Below are positions 29,281 to 38,544 of a stretch of 64,000 nt of DNA, in pieces. The notes below the pieces were generated by a model. It saw only the letters and a program-made list of their open reading frames with translations. It had not been told where the DNA came from and did not search any database. Source of the DNA: an uncultured bacterium. GTDB taxonomy: Bacteria; Krumholzibacteriota; Krumholzibacteriia; LZORAL124-64-63. Where the stretch lies: NCBI GenBank assembly GCA_963732385.1, contig CAVSZB010000005.1, positions 160,001 through 224,000 on the forward strand, in the 5' to 3' direction. The translations under genes and the position numbers were made by a program. How positions within the stretch are numbered: the first letter of the stretch is position 1; each line of letters starts with the position of its first letter.

Positions 29281-30720
29281 TCAGGCGCCGGCGTCCGCCG
29301 CCAGCCGCACCGCGGCGGCGCGGATCGCCGCCCACGCCGCCACGACGTCGTCCCGTGTCGTCGTGGTCTGCCCGATGCACAGACGCAACGTGTAGGCGCC
29401 GCCGAGGCGGGTGTGGCTGAGGTACAGCTCGCCGCCGTCGTTGAGGGTGGTCAGCAGCCGCTCGTTGAGCGCGTCGAGGTCGGCCGGCGCGGCGAACGGG
29501 GGTCGCCAGCGCCAGCAGACGAGATTCAGCGGGGTCGGCGCCAGCAGCTCGAAATCGGGATCGGCGGCGATCCAGTTGCTCAGCTCCTGCGCCCAGGCGA
29601 CGTGCCGGCGCACCCGTTCGCGGATGCCATCCACGCCGAAACTCCGGATGACGAACCAGAGCTTCAAGGCGCGGAACCGACGACCGAGCTGGACGTGCCA
29701 GTCGCGGAAATTGCTCACGCCGCCGTCGTGCGCGGTGCGCAGGTACTCCGGGTTCACCGCCAGCGTGCGCACGAGGAAGTCGGGGTCGCGCACGAAGTAG
29801 GCGGAGCAGTCGAAATTGGTGAACATCCACTTGTGCGGGTTGAACACGAACGAGTCGGCCAGCTCGACGCCGTCGAGGATCCAGCGCAACTCCGGCACGA
29901 TCGCGGCCGTGCCGGCCAGCGCGCCGTCAACGTGGAACCACATGCCGTGACGGCGGCAGATCTCGCCCACCGCCCGCAGCGGATCGAGCGCGGTCGAGCC
30001 GGTCGTGCCGACCGTGCCGACGGCGCAGGCCGGGATCAGACCCGCCGCGAGGTCGTCCGCCACGGCCGCGTCCAGCGCGCCGGAATCGAGCGCCCAGTCG
30101 CCATCGACCGGCAGCTTGCGCACCCGGTCACGCCCGAAGCCGGCGATCTTCGCCCCCTTCTCCAGGGACGAATGCGCCTCGGACGAGGCGTACACCACCA
30201 GCCGGTCCGCGCCGGCCGCCGCCGCCCCCTCCCGGTTGAAGCGGCCGTCGGTAGCCCGTTCCCGCGCGCACAGCAGCGCGGTGAGGGTCGCCGTGGAGGC
30301 CGTGTCCTGAATGACCCCCCGCCAGCCGGCCGGCAGGTCAAGCATGCGGCGCAGCCACTCGATGACCACCTCTTCCAACTCCGTGGCGGCCGGCGAGGTC
30401 TCCCACACCATGCCCTGCGCGCCCAGGCCGGCGGCCAGCAGCTCCCCCAGGACCGACGGATAGCTCGTGTTGGCGGGGAAGTAGGCAAAGAATCGCGGAT
30501 GCTGCCAGTGGGTGACGCCCGGCATCAGCAGCGCGTGGAAATCGGCGAGCGCCGCGTCGAGCGGTTCGCCCACCTCGGGAGGGGACTCGGGCAATCGCGC
30601 CCGGATCTGGCCCGGCGCGACCTGCGCCCGCACCGGAAAGGCGCGCACCCCGCCGTCGAGGTAATCGGCGATCCAGTCCACGAGCGCGTGGCCGTGGCGG
30701 CGGAACTCTTCCCTCTCCAT
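29281..30720 (-). CDS. Group II PLP-dependent decarboxylase (aromatic L-amino acid decarboxylase-like)
   Basis: PGVTHWQHPRFFAYFP, SPAATELE, AHSSLEK, HVDGA, FNPHKW, LGRRFRALKLWF. Confidence 0.92.
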   Translation of the reverse strand: MEREEFRRHGHALVDWIADYLDGGVRAFPVRAQVAPGQIRARLPESPPEVGEPLDAALADFHALLMPGVTHWQHPRFFAYFPANTSYPSVLGELLAAGLGAQGMVWETSPAATELEEVVIEWLRRMLDLPAGWRGVIQDTASTATLTALLCARERATDGRFNREGAAAAGADRLVVYASSEAHSSLEKGAKIAGFGRDRVRKLPVDGDWALDSGALDAAVADDLAAGLIPACAVGTVGTTGSTALDPLRAVGEICRRHGMWFHVDGALAGTAAIVPELRWILDGVELADSFVFNPHKWMFTNFDCSAYFVRDPDFLVRTLAVNPEYLRTAHDGGVSNFRDWHVQLGRRFRALKLWFVIRSFGVDGIRERVRRHVAWAQELSNWIAADPDFELLAPTPLNLVCWRWRPPFAAPADLDALNERLLTTLNDGGELYLSHTRLGGAYTLRLCIGQTTTTRDDVVAAWAAIRAAAVRLAADAGA

Positions 30721-30739
30721 GACGCGACCTCCCCGCCCG

Positions 30740-31381
30740 TCAACCGGTCAGGCGACGCATCGCCACGGTCAGCGCCCACAACCCCGCCATGCAGAGCAGC
30801 ACGCCGAGCAGCCGCAACGCCCGGGGGAGCAGCGTCCGACCCAGCCGCGAACCGGTATGACGCAACAACCAGAGCAGGAACGTGAACCACGCCACGATTC
30901 CGGCCGGCACTCCGGCGGCGAACTGCAGCCGGGCCTCACGAGTGGTCGGCTCGAGGCCCACGGCGTGCAACGCCGCCAGCACGCCGGCCCAGCTCAGCAG
31001 CACCCCGGGATTGACGACGACCAGCGAGAAACCAAGGGCGATCTCCGCAAACCAGCCGCGGCCCGTCGCGGAAGGCAAATGGGACGGCGGCGGCGAGCCG
31101 TCACGCCGCAGCAGCAGGCGCAGGCCGAGCATCAGCACCAGCGCACCGCCCACCGCCCCGGCGGCCGGACGCAGCCAGACCCAGCGATCGAGCAGAACAC
31201 CGTAGCCCAGCAACGCGCCGACGCACCAGCCGGTCTCGGCGAGCGCGGCCCCCGTTGCCAGCGCCAAGCCATGGTGCGCGCGTCCGGTCAGGCCGCGCTT
31301 GATGACCAGGGCTGAAACCGGCCCGGCCAGCGGCATGGAGCCGAGCCAGCCGAGCGCGCAGCCGAGCAGGGCCGGGTTCAC
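30740..31381 (-). CDS. LysE family exporter
   Basis: MPLAGPVSALVIKRG, GFSLVVVNPG, about 6 TM helices. Confidence 0.8.
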   Translation of the reverse strand: MNPALLGCALGWLGSMPLAGPVSALVIKRGLTGRAHHGLALATGAALAETGWCVGALLGYGVLLDRWVWLRPAAGAVGGALVLMLGLRLLLRRDGSPPPSHLPSATGRGWFAEIALGFSLVVVNPGVLLSWAGVLAALHAVGLEPTTREARLQFAAGVPAGIVAWFTFLLWLLRHTGSRLGRTLLPRALRLLGVLLCMAGLWALTVAMRRLTG

Positions 31382-32106
31382 GACTCCGGTCCGAAGGTCC
31401 GCCGCGCGAGGGCAAGATCCTCGGCGGTATCGATTTCGAGGCAGGCCAGGTCGCCGATGTCCACGGCATGCACGGTCTCGCCGGCGCGGATCAACTCCAC
31501 GAACGCCGCCTCGTAGAACTCGCGGCGTCCGGGTCCCGCGTGCACGCGGCGCTCCAGCTCCGCGAACAGCTTCGCCGCGAACCCGGGGCTGAACATCTCG
31601 ATACCGACCGACTCCCCGGCCGTCTCCACCGGCGGCAGCTCCTTGCCAAGGTCGCTTACCGTGTCTTCGGGCCCGAGTCGCACCTTCATCTCCTCTTCGC
31701 CCAGTTCGCCCTCCGAGCGCAGCAGCAGCCGGTTGGGACGCTGGTCATCGAGAAGCAGGTCGAGCACTTCGGGGACGAAGACAAGATCACCATCGAGCAG
31801 CAGCAACGGCTCCGGCTTCTCGTACCGCGCGAGCCAGAGGGAGTAGGCGTTGTTGGTCTCGGCCCACGCCGCATTGCGCACGAAGCGGAACCACTCGACC
31901 GGAAAGCGGGCGGTCAGCGCCGCGCGCACCTGGTCGCCCAGCCAGCCATCCACGACGGTGAACCGTGTGAGCCCCCGCTCGCCCAGCAGGTCTACGGCCC
32001 GGACGATCAACGGCTCCCCTCCCACCTCGAGCAGGCACTTCGGCCGCGCATCGGTGAGCGGACGCAGGCGTTCCCCGCGCCCGGCGGCGAGCAATACGAC
32101 CCTGAT
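31378..32106 (-). CDS. NTP-transferase (LicC/phosphocholine cytidylyltransferase-like)
   Basis: LAAGRGERLRPLTDARPKCLL, TNNAYSL, LLDGD, EEEMKV, GESVGI, EIDTAEDL. The family start position falls on ATC 32106, just after GAGGAGG. Confidence 0.87.
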   Translation of the reverse strand: MRVVLLAAGRGERLRPLTDARPKCLLEVGGEPLIVRAVDLLGERGLTRFTVVDGWLGDQVRAALTARFPVEWFRFVRNAAWAETNNAYSLWLARYEKPEPLLLLDGDLVFVPEVLDLLLDDQRPNRLLLRSEGELGEEEMKVRLGPEDTVSDLGKELPPVETAGESVGIEMFSPGFAAKLFAELERRVHAGPGRREFYEAAFVELIRAGETVHAVDIGDLACLEIDTAEDLALARRTFGPES

Positions 32107-32107
32107 G

Positions 32108-33028
32108 TCAGACCTCCTCGATCGGCACCGCGAGCAGCCGGCGCCGCACCACGAAGCGCGCCACGAAGACACCTGCGCCCCAGGCGTTGCCCACGAACAG
32201 GGCGCCCAAGAACAACCACTCCGGACGCAGGCAGGCGGCCGCCACCGCGACACCGGTCAACTGCATGCTCGGCCCGGCCAGCACCGCCAGACGCAGAAGC
32301 GGCCGATAGCCGGCTGCCCATTCCGCCACCGGCACCGCGTCTTCGGGCGCCGGCGCCAGGCGCTCACGCGCGCTGCGTCCCTCCCACAGACGGGCGTAGA
32401 GCGTGTAGCAGGCGACCAGCAGGCGCTGCGCGCGGTGCGTTCCTTCCCGGCGCCAGATCGCGGCAGCTTCCGTGAGTTCAGCCAGCTCCGCGGCGCGGTC
32501 CTGCCGACGACCGTATACCCGCCGCATCCACTGCAGGCGCAATCCGTCCACGACGGCGCACCACCAGGCCATCGACACCCCCGCGACAAAGGCGATCGCC
32601 CACCAGGCCGCAGGATCGCCGTGCCGGATCACGACCGCCCGCAACAGGCCCAGCAGGATGGCCAATGTGCCGACGTAGCCCGCGAGTCCGTCCAGCACGT
32701 AGCCGTAAGGGCAGCGCATGCCCCGCACCCGGGCCAGCATGCCGTCGACACAGTCGAGCACATTGAAAACGACCACCGCGACTGCGCCCCAGCGCAGAGA
32801 CGCGGGCGTACCCAGTCCCAAAAGCCCGCCCGCGCCCAGACCGACGATGATGCTGGCGACCGTGATCTGGTTCGGCGTAACCGTCGTGTGCTCCAGGAGA
32901 CGAACCCAAAGATAGGCGAGCGGGCGGTAGACGACGAGGTCGAGCGGTTCCTCGGTTTCGGGGGCCTTGAGTGTCTGCTGGTAGCCGTCGCGCAGGCTCC
33001 GCAGCCAATTCCGCAGACGCGCCGTCAC
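32108..33028 (-). CDS. CDP-alcohol phosphotransferase family protein
   Basis: EEPLDLVVYRP, VTPNQIT, DCVDGMLAR...GYVLD; multiple TM helices. Confidence 0.88.
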   Translation of the reverse strand: MTARLRNWLRSLRDGYQQTLKAPETEEPLDLVVYRPLAYLWVRLLEHTTVTPNQITVASIIVGLGAGGLLGLGTPASLRWGAVAVVVFNVLDCVDGMLARVRGMRCPYGYVLDGLAGYVGTLAILLGLLRAVVIRHGDPAAWWAIAFVAGVSMAWWCAVVDGLRLQWMRRVYGRRQDRAAELAELTEAAAIWRREGTHRAQRLLVACYTLYARLWEGRSARERLAPAPEDAVPVAEWAAGYRPLLRLAVLAGPSMQLTGVAVAAACLRPEWLFLGALFVGNAWGAGVFVARFVVRRRLLAVPIEEV

Positions 33029-34083
33029 GCGGCCCGCACCAGCAGCGCCGGCAGAACTTCCTGCAGCACGTCCAGCAGTGCGGCGTTCTCCGCGCTCGTC
33101 CCCAGGGTCATGCGCGCGCAGTTCAGGAAGCCATCCTCCCTGAAGAATTTCACAATAAAACCGCGCCGGCGCAGTTCAGCGTCGAGTTGCGACACGACCA
33201 TCTCCGGAAAGCGGACCAGCACGAAGTTGGCCTCTGATTCGTAGACGCGAACCCCCGCGAGCGCGCGCAGCCGGGCGTAGAAGAGTTCCCGGTCGGCCGC
33301 CATATGCCCCCGCACGCGCCCATAGTAATCGTGGCTGTCCAGCGCGGCGAGCGCCAGACCCTCCGAAATGCGGTTGTATCCGAGATTGCGCGAGCAGAAC
33401 TTCACGAGGCGCTCATGTCCGGACCCCGCGATCGCGTAGCCGATGCGGGCCCCCGCCAGAGCGTACAGTTTCGAGAACGAGCGCAGCACCAGCAGGTCTG
33501 GATACTCGTGCGTGAGCGAACCGAAGTCGTCACATTCCCCTTCGTTGAAACCGAAGTAGGCCTGGTCGAGCAGCAGCGGCACGCCGCGGTAGCATTCCAG
33601 TACGTCCCGCAGCGACGCGCGATCGAGCGCATTGCCGGTCGGATTGTTGGGCGTGGCGATCAGCAGCAGCCTCACCGGCACGCGCTCGCGCAGCGCCAGC
33701 AGGGTGTCGAGATCGTAACGGTAGGCCATCGGCGTCTCGACCAGCGGATACTCGACCGTCAGGCCCCCGACCTCGTCGGCAACCGCGCGGTAGTACCACC
33801 ACGACGCGCTCGGAACCAGGATGGCGTCGCCTGCCCCCACGTAGTGGTGCACAGACTCTTTGAGGATGTCTTCGCAGCCGTAGCCCAGGATGATCCGCCG
33901 TTCTTCGACGCCGTGCATCACCGCGAGTCGCTGGGAAAGCCGGCTGTAGTGGCCATTCTGGAAATCACGGGGATAGTCGTGCAGCAGAACGGGCTCGATC
34001 CCGCGCAACAACTCCCCGCATGCAGGCGCCGGACCGTAGCGGTTCTCATTGCGATCGAGGGTGATGGGAATGTGCCCGGTCAT
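33025..34083 (-). CDS. HisC/CobD-like class I/II PLP enzyme (aminotransferase or decarboxylase)
   Basis: LDRNEN, TPNNPTG, LLDQAY, RSFSKLYALAGARIGY, SEANFVL. Confidence 0.85.
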   Translation of the reverse strand: MTGHIPITLDRNENRYGPAPACGELLRGIEPVLLHDYPRDFQNGHYSRLSQRLAVMHGVEERRIILGYGCEDILKESVHHYVGAGDAILVPSASWWYYRAVADEVGGLTVEYPLVETPMAYRYDLDTLLALRERVPVRLLLIATPNNPTGNALDRASLRDVLECYRGVPLLLDQAYFGFNEGECDDFGSLTHEYPDLLVLRSFSKLYALAGARIGYAIAGSGHERLVKFCSRNLGYNRISEGLALAALDSHDYYGRVRGHMAADRELFYARLRALAGVRVYESEANFVLVRFPEMVVSQLDAELRRRGFIVKFFREDGFLNCARMTLGTSAENAALLDVLQEVLPALLVRAA

Positions 34084-34408
34084 GAAGCCTGGACCCGGAC
34101 CTTTCCGAGCGGCGAGCGCTCTGCGTCGGAACAAGCGGGAAACGCGCCGGTCGTCGTCTCGTCACCAGGAATCCGCGCCGTCGGATCGGCGATGGCCCAC
34201 GGACGACGCGGACTCCCGGGTGGAGAACCCGCGCTGGAGATCCCGGACAAAGTCAACCTTTGCCGTGCCCCCGTCAACCCTGATCCGGGCGACGGCGGGA
34301 CTGCAGCCATCCGCCGGCGCCGGCCGCCCATGACAACAAACTTGCAGGCCGGGGGTTCCGCTTCCCTGCCCGCACCGCGGCAACGCTCCGGAGCAGCCCC
34401 GCGCGCCT

Positions 34409-36055
34409 TCACGGCTCCGGCGCCTCGCGCCTGATCTTATGGACCTGCAGGAAGGATCGGCGCAGGAGATTGCCGACTTCGACGTTGTCGGGGGCCAGTT
34501 CGGCGGCGCGACGCAGATCGAGCACCGCGTCCTCCCAGCGGCCGGAATTGAAATGCAGAAGACCGCGGTTGTACCAGGCGGCGGTCTGACGGGGGTCGAG
34601 GGCGAGAGCACGGTCGAGCGCTGCGCGCGCCGCCTCGATATCGCCGGTCATGATCAGAGCATAGCCGAGGCTGCTCCAGACCGGCGCACGTCCGGGGTCG
34701 ATGGCGGCCGCCTCGCGCAGCAGCGGCAGTGCCTCCCCGGACTTTTCCCCCTTCACCTTGAGGAAACCGAGCCAGTACAGGGTGGCTGCGTCGGGCCGGC
34801 CCAACTGGCGGAACTCGGCCAGCGCCCGGACGAGATCGGCCTCGGCCAGGCCGTAGGCTCCGAGTTGTGCATAGACGCGCCCGCGCGCCGCGCGCGAGGC
34901 CGTCGACGCCTGCCCCGTCCGGATACAGATGCCCAGCGCCCCCACGGCCGTGTCGCTCCACAAGGCGCGCGAGGCGGAATCGGCGGCGGCTTCGAAACGG
35001 CGCGTGGCCTCGACCGCGTATGCGCGCCAGGAGCCGGCGGCGCGGAAGCGGTCGAACGCCAGCCACACCGGCAGGCGCGGCCCGCCCGCGTCATCCTCTT
35101 GCACCGGCAGGTCAACGCGTCGCAGGCAGATCGGCTCCCTCAGCGGGAGCGACTTCATGGACGCCTCGTAAGCGCGCGCCGCTTCGGACCATCGTTCCAG
35201 CCGCTCGCAAACCAGCGCCAGATCGTGCCAATAGTTGGCGCGGTGGAGGATGTCGGGTGTGGCGCCGTGGCGACCGATCGCGGATGTATCTCCCGCGCGT
35301 CCGGAAGGCTGGGGCGGCTGAACGCCGAAATAGTGACGCAGCGAGGCCTGGGTGTTGCCGCCGAGCCAGTGCAGCGCGTCGGGCAGGCTTTCGGCGCCGA
35401 GCGCCGCCACGCCGCGCACCCAGATCCAGACGGAGGCGAGCGGATCGATCCGCTCGATCTCGTCGGCTACGACAAGCGCACGCGACTCCTCGCCCCGCTG
35501 TCCCAGCAGCAGGCCCTGCAGGAGCTTCGCTTCACGGTCGGCCGGGAAGAGTGCCAGCGCCGAATCGGCCCAGGCGAGCCCCCAGGACCACTCGGCCAGT
35601 TCCCGATGCAACCAGGCGCGGGCTAAAGCCAGCCGCAGCCGCCTGCTCGCGAGCGGCGCCAGGTCGATCGCCGCAGCTGCGCGGTCGAGCGAATTCCGGG
35701 CCGAAACCCGGTCTCCCAGTTCGCGTTCCAGTTCGGCGAGGGCCAGCCAGGTGGACGCATCGTCGGGTGCAAGACCGGCCGCGGCGGCCAGCGCCCGCCA
35801 CTTCTCCGTGGCGCGCCGGGCGTGTCCGGCCTGCACGCGCCACCGCAACGCCGCTTCGTGTCGCTGCGCCTGTCCGACGGCCGGCAGCAGGCGAAAGGCA
35901 TCGAGCCCGAGGGAGTCGGCCTCGCCGGCGAACGAGACCTCCCGTGGATAGCCACACGGTGCGGGAACGAGGCCGGCGCAACCCGCGATCAACAGCAGGC
36001 CGGCCGACAGCGCTGGGAGCGTCCCCCGTCCACGCATGCCGCGCCCTCCACTCAA
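34409..36055 (-). CDS. TPR-repeat lipoprotein
   Basis: Lipobox IAGC and C-terminal TPRs (VWSSLGYAL, AWYNRGLL). Start is either TTG 36055 or ATG 36037. Confidence 0.72.
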   Translation of the reverse strand: MSGGRGMRGRGTLPALSAGLLLIAGCAGLVPAPCGYPREVSFAGEADSLGLDAFRLLPAVGQAQRHEAALRWRVQAGHARRATEKWRALAAAAGLAPDDASTWLALAELERELGDRVSARNSLDRAAAAIDLAPLASRRLRLALARAWLHRELAEWSWGLAWADSALALFPADREAKLLQGLLLGQRGEESRALVVADEIERIDPLASVWIWVRGVAALGAESLPDALHWLGGNTQASLRHYFGVQPPQPSGRAGDTSAIGRHGATPDILHRANYWHDLALVCERLERWSEAARAYEASMKSLPLREPICLRRVDLPVQEDDAGGPRLPVWLAFDRFRAAGSWRAYAVEATRRFEAAADSASRALWSDTAVGALGICIRTGQASTASRAARGRVYAQLGAYGLAEADLVRALAEFRQLGRPDAATLYWLGFLKVKGEKSGEALPLLREAAAIDPGRAPVWSSLGYALIMTGDIEAARAALDRALALDPRQTAAWYNRGLLHFNSGRWEDAVLDLRRAAELAPDNVEVGNLLRRSFLQVHKIRREAPEP

Positions 36056-37542
36056 TACAGAGACGCGTCACCCTTGTGACACTCGAAGCACGGCGTTTCG
36101 GTCTCCGCACCGCCAATGTCCACCGGATGCCGGAACGGCAGACCGGTGGTGACCAGCGTGTCGCCGCTCGCGCCCGCCGGTCCCTGCGCCACGATCTGGT
36201 GACAGAGATTGCAGTCCTTGCTGATGGTCCGGCCGTCCGCGGTAGCGAGATCGGAACCGTGGCAGCGGAAGCAGCCGGGAAAAATGAAGTGCCCGCGGTT
36301 GTCGGGATAGACGTCCCAGCGCGCCTTCATCAGCGGAAACACGTTCCGCTCGTACAACGCCCACGACGCTTCCACGGCGCCGACCGGCGTCGCCTCGCCG
36401 CGACCGCGGTAGAACTTCTCCAGCGACGACCGGATCGAGTCGCGCGCCCCCTGCGCCGTGGCGTACGACGCCGACAACGCCCTGACCACTTCGCGCTTGA
36501 TGTACGGCGCGCGCGCGTCGAGCAGACCCTGCGCCAGCGCCTCGTTGACGGCCGTCATCGGCGGTTTGTAGATGTGCGAGGGCCGGTTGTGGCAGTCCAT
36601 GCAGTCGAGCGTGCGCTCGCGCCCCTCGCGCCGGGCGGTCGCCAGCGTCGAATCCGGAAGCGGCGCCCCCCCGCGCGTGTAGACGATCTCCCGGTCTCCC
36701 TGGCGCCAGGTCACGCGTTCGAACGCCTGCCGTGCTTCGTCCGCCGCCACGTACGTCATGCGCGCGGCTTCGTCGATGTGCCAGTGGATCCCCGCGGGGT
36801 GCCCCTTCGGCGCGCCAGCGGCGCCCCCGACCCTCACCAGCATGCTGATCTGCCAGTGGGTGTTGGCCTCATCGCCCAGGTAGTGGTCGCGCGTGACCTG
36901 CGTGGCGGCATAGAACTTCTGCGGCCAGTGGCACTGCTCGCAGACCTCCTGGGCGGGGCGCAGATTGCGAACCGGCGTCGGGATGGGACGCGGGTAGGTG
37001 CCGAGCGCGGTCTTGAACACCTGCCGGGCGCCGGAAATCTTGCTCTGCACATACCAGCCGGCACCCGGTCCGATGTGGCACTGCACGCAGTCGACCTTCG
37101 CGTGCGGAGAATCGCGATGGGCCACCCGCTCCGGCGCCATCACCTCGTGACACACCTCGCCGCAGAACTGAACCGACTCCGTGTAGTGGTAGCCCTCATA
37201 CAGACCGATCGTCGTCACCAGTAAAAAGACGCTCGTGCCGACCAGGAAGACCACCGCCGCGTTGCGGTGCCTCGGGTTGCCGAAGTCGAACACCAGGGTC
37301 GTGGTCCGGCCGCGCTCGATCCGCCGCTTCTCGCGCCACATGCCCAGCGGGATCAGCAGCAGCCCAAACACCATGACCCCGGGAAAGACGAGAAAGGTGA
37401 AGATCCCGAGGTACGGATTCCCCCCCTTCGCGAAGCTGCTGAGCAGGAAAAGGATCAGGATCGCGGCGAGCCCGAACAGCGCCAGTCCAACTCCCAGCAA
37501 TGAAATGGGATTATAGAAGCGGATCGGAAACCGTCCGTTCAC
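36052..37542 (-). CDS. Membrane-anchored multiheme cytochrome c (NapC/NirT-like N-terminus, 7 heme motifs)
   Basis: Three N-terminal TM helices, then CGEVCH, CVQCH, CEQCH, CMDCH, CFRCH, CNLCH, CFECH. AGGAGG precedes GTG 37542. Confidence 0.9.
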   Translation of the reverse strand: MNGRFPIRFYNPISLLGVGLALFGLAAILILFLLSSFAKGGNPYLGIFTFLVFPGVMVFGLLLIPLGMWREKRRIERGRTTTLVFDFGNPRHRNAAVVFLVGTSVFLLVTTIGLYEGYHYTESVQFCGEVCHEVMAPERVAHRDSPHAKVDCVQCHIGPGAGWYVQSKISGARQVFKTALGTYPRPIPTPVRNLRPAQEVCEQCHWPQKFYAATQVTRDHYLGDEANTHWQISMLVRVGGAAGAPKGHPAGIHWHIDEAARMTYVAADEARQAFERVTWRQGDREIVYTRGGAPLPDSTLATARREGRERTLDCMDCHNRPSHIYKPPMTAVNEALAQGLLDARAPYIKREVVRALSASYATAQGARDSIRSSLEKFYRGRGEATPVGAVEASWALYERNVFPLMKARWDVYPDNRGHFIFPGCFRCHGSDLATADGRTISKDCNLCHQIVAQGPAGASGDTLVTTGLPFRHPVDIGGAETETPCFECHKGDASLY

Positions 37543-37670
37543 GATCTTCCTCCTTCGGCGCGCGCGGCGAGACCTGGGCAGTTGGCCGAGCATAGCGGGT
37601 GGGAGACGGGCTGGCCAGAGCCGGTTCCGGCGTCGCCTTACCCTGGCGAACGACCGGGACCGGTCATGAG

Positions 37671-37699
37671 AAACCCCGCCCCCCTCGCGGAGGGCGGGG
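37671..37699 (-). terminator. Hairpin between the two cytochrome genes
   Basis: Minus strand CCCCGCCC...GGGCGGGG followed by TTTCT. Confidence 0.6.
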
Positions 37700-37732
37700 C
37701 AGAACCGGTGTCAGCGACGAACCGGCCGGCGA

Positions 37733-38290
37733 TCAGCCACCGGCGGCCGGCGCGACCGGCTTCGGGTGCGCGATGACCTTCACAGCCTCGGCGAAATTGA
37801 ACGGCTTGTAGGTCGGGCTCTTCTCGTTGTGGCACTTCACACAGGTCTTCTCGTCCGGCACGACCATCCCGGCCGCGACAGCTTTGGCCCGGTCCTTCAT
37901 GACCGCCATCGCCTTGTAGTCGGAACCGGCGCCGTGGCAGCCTTCGCAGCCCACGCCTTCGGCTTCGACGTACGCGGGGCCGGCCTCGGCCTTGAGGAAC
38001 GCCTTCGTGGTGTGGCACTCGAGGCACTTGGGATCCTTCTGCGGCTCGGCGATGCCGAGCTTCTTGCCCACCTCGATCGCTTCGGGCGTGGCCAGGCCCG
38101 CGAACGCCTTGGCATGCGAAGACTCGGACCAGATCTTGAACTGGTCCCCCTTTGCGACGCCCTGATGGCACATCTTGCAGCCCTTTTCGGCGCCCACGAT
38201 CGTGTGCGCCGGGGCCTGAGCGAACGCGGAGGCGCTGAACGACAGCGCCAGCACAGCCATAAGCGAGACAATAATCCACTTCCGAGCCAT
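37733..38290 (-). CDS. Periplasmic tetraheme cytochrome c (c554 family-like)
   Basis: Signal peptide, CKMCH, CLECH, CEGCHGAGS, CVKCH, C-terminal IAHP. AGGAGG RBS. Confidence 0.9.
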   Translation of the reverse strand: MARKWIIVSLMAVLALSFSASAFAQAPAHTIVGAEKGCKMCHQGVAKGDQFKIWSESSHAKAFAGLATPEAIEVGKKLGIAEPQKDPKCLECHTTKAFLKAEAGPAYVEAEGVGCEGCHGAGSDYKAMAVMKDRAKAVAAGMVVPDEKTCVKCHNEKSPTYKPFNFAEAVKVIAHPKPVAPAAGG

Positions 38291-38544
38291 GGTTCCTCCT
38301 TGCACTACGAATTAGTATCGATTCGGGACTCCGGGACGTGCCGGTGAATGAAACGTCCGGGAGCCCTGCCCATCCACCCTGTGCTACGCTACACCCATAC
38401 CCGGCGAGGGGCAAAAGGTTTCGCCAAAACCGACCGAAAAACCGGGCCGGCCGTTGTTTTTGATTCGCGATTTCGCCGCGCGAGAGCTAAGCTGGCCCGG
38501 TTTTCCGCCGTCTCGCCCCCCCGCCCCCCCCTGGAGGCTTCGCC

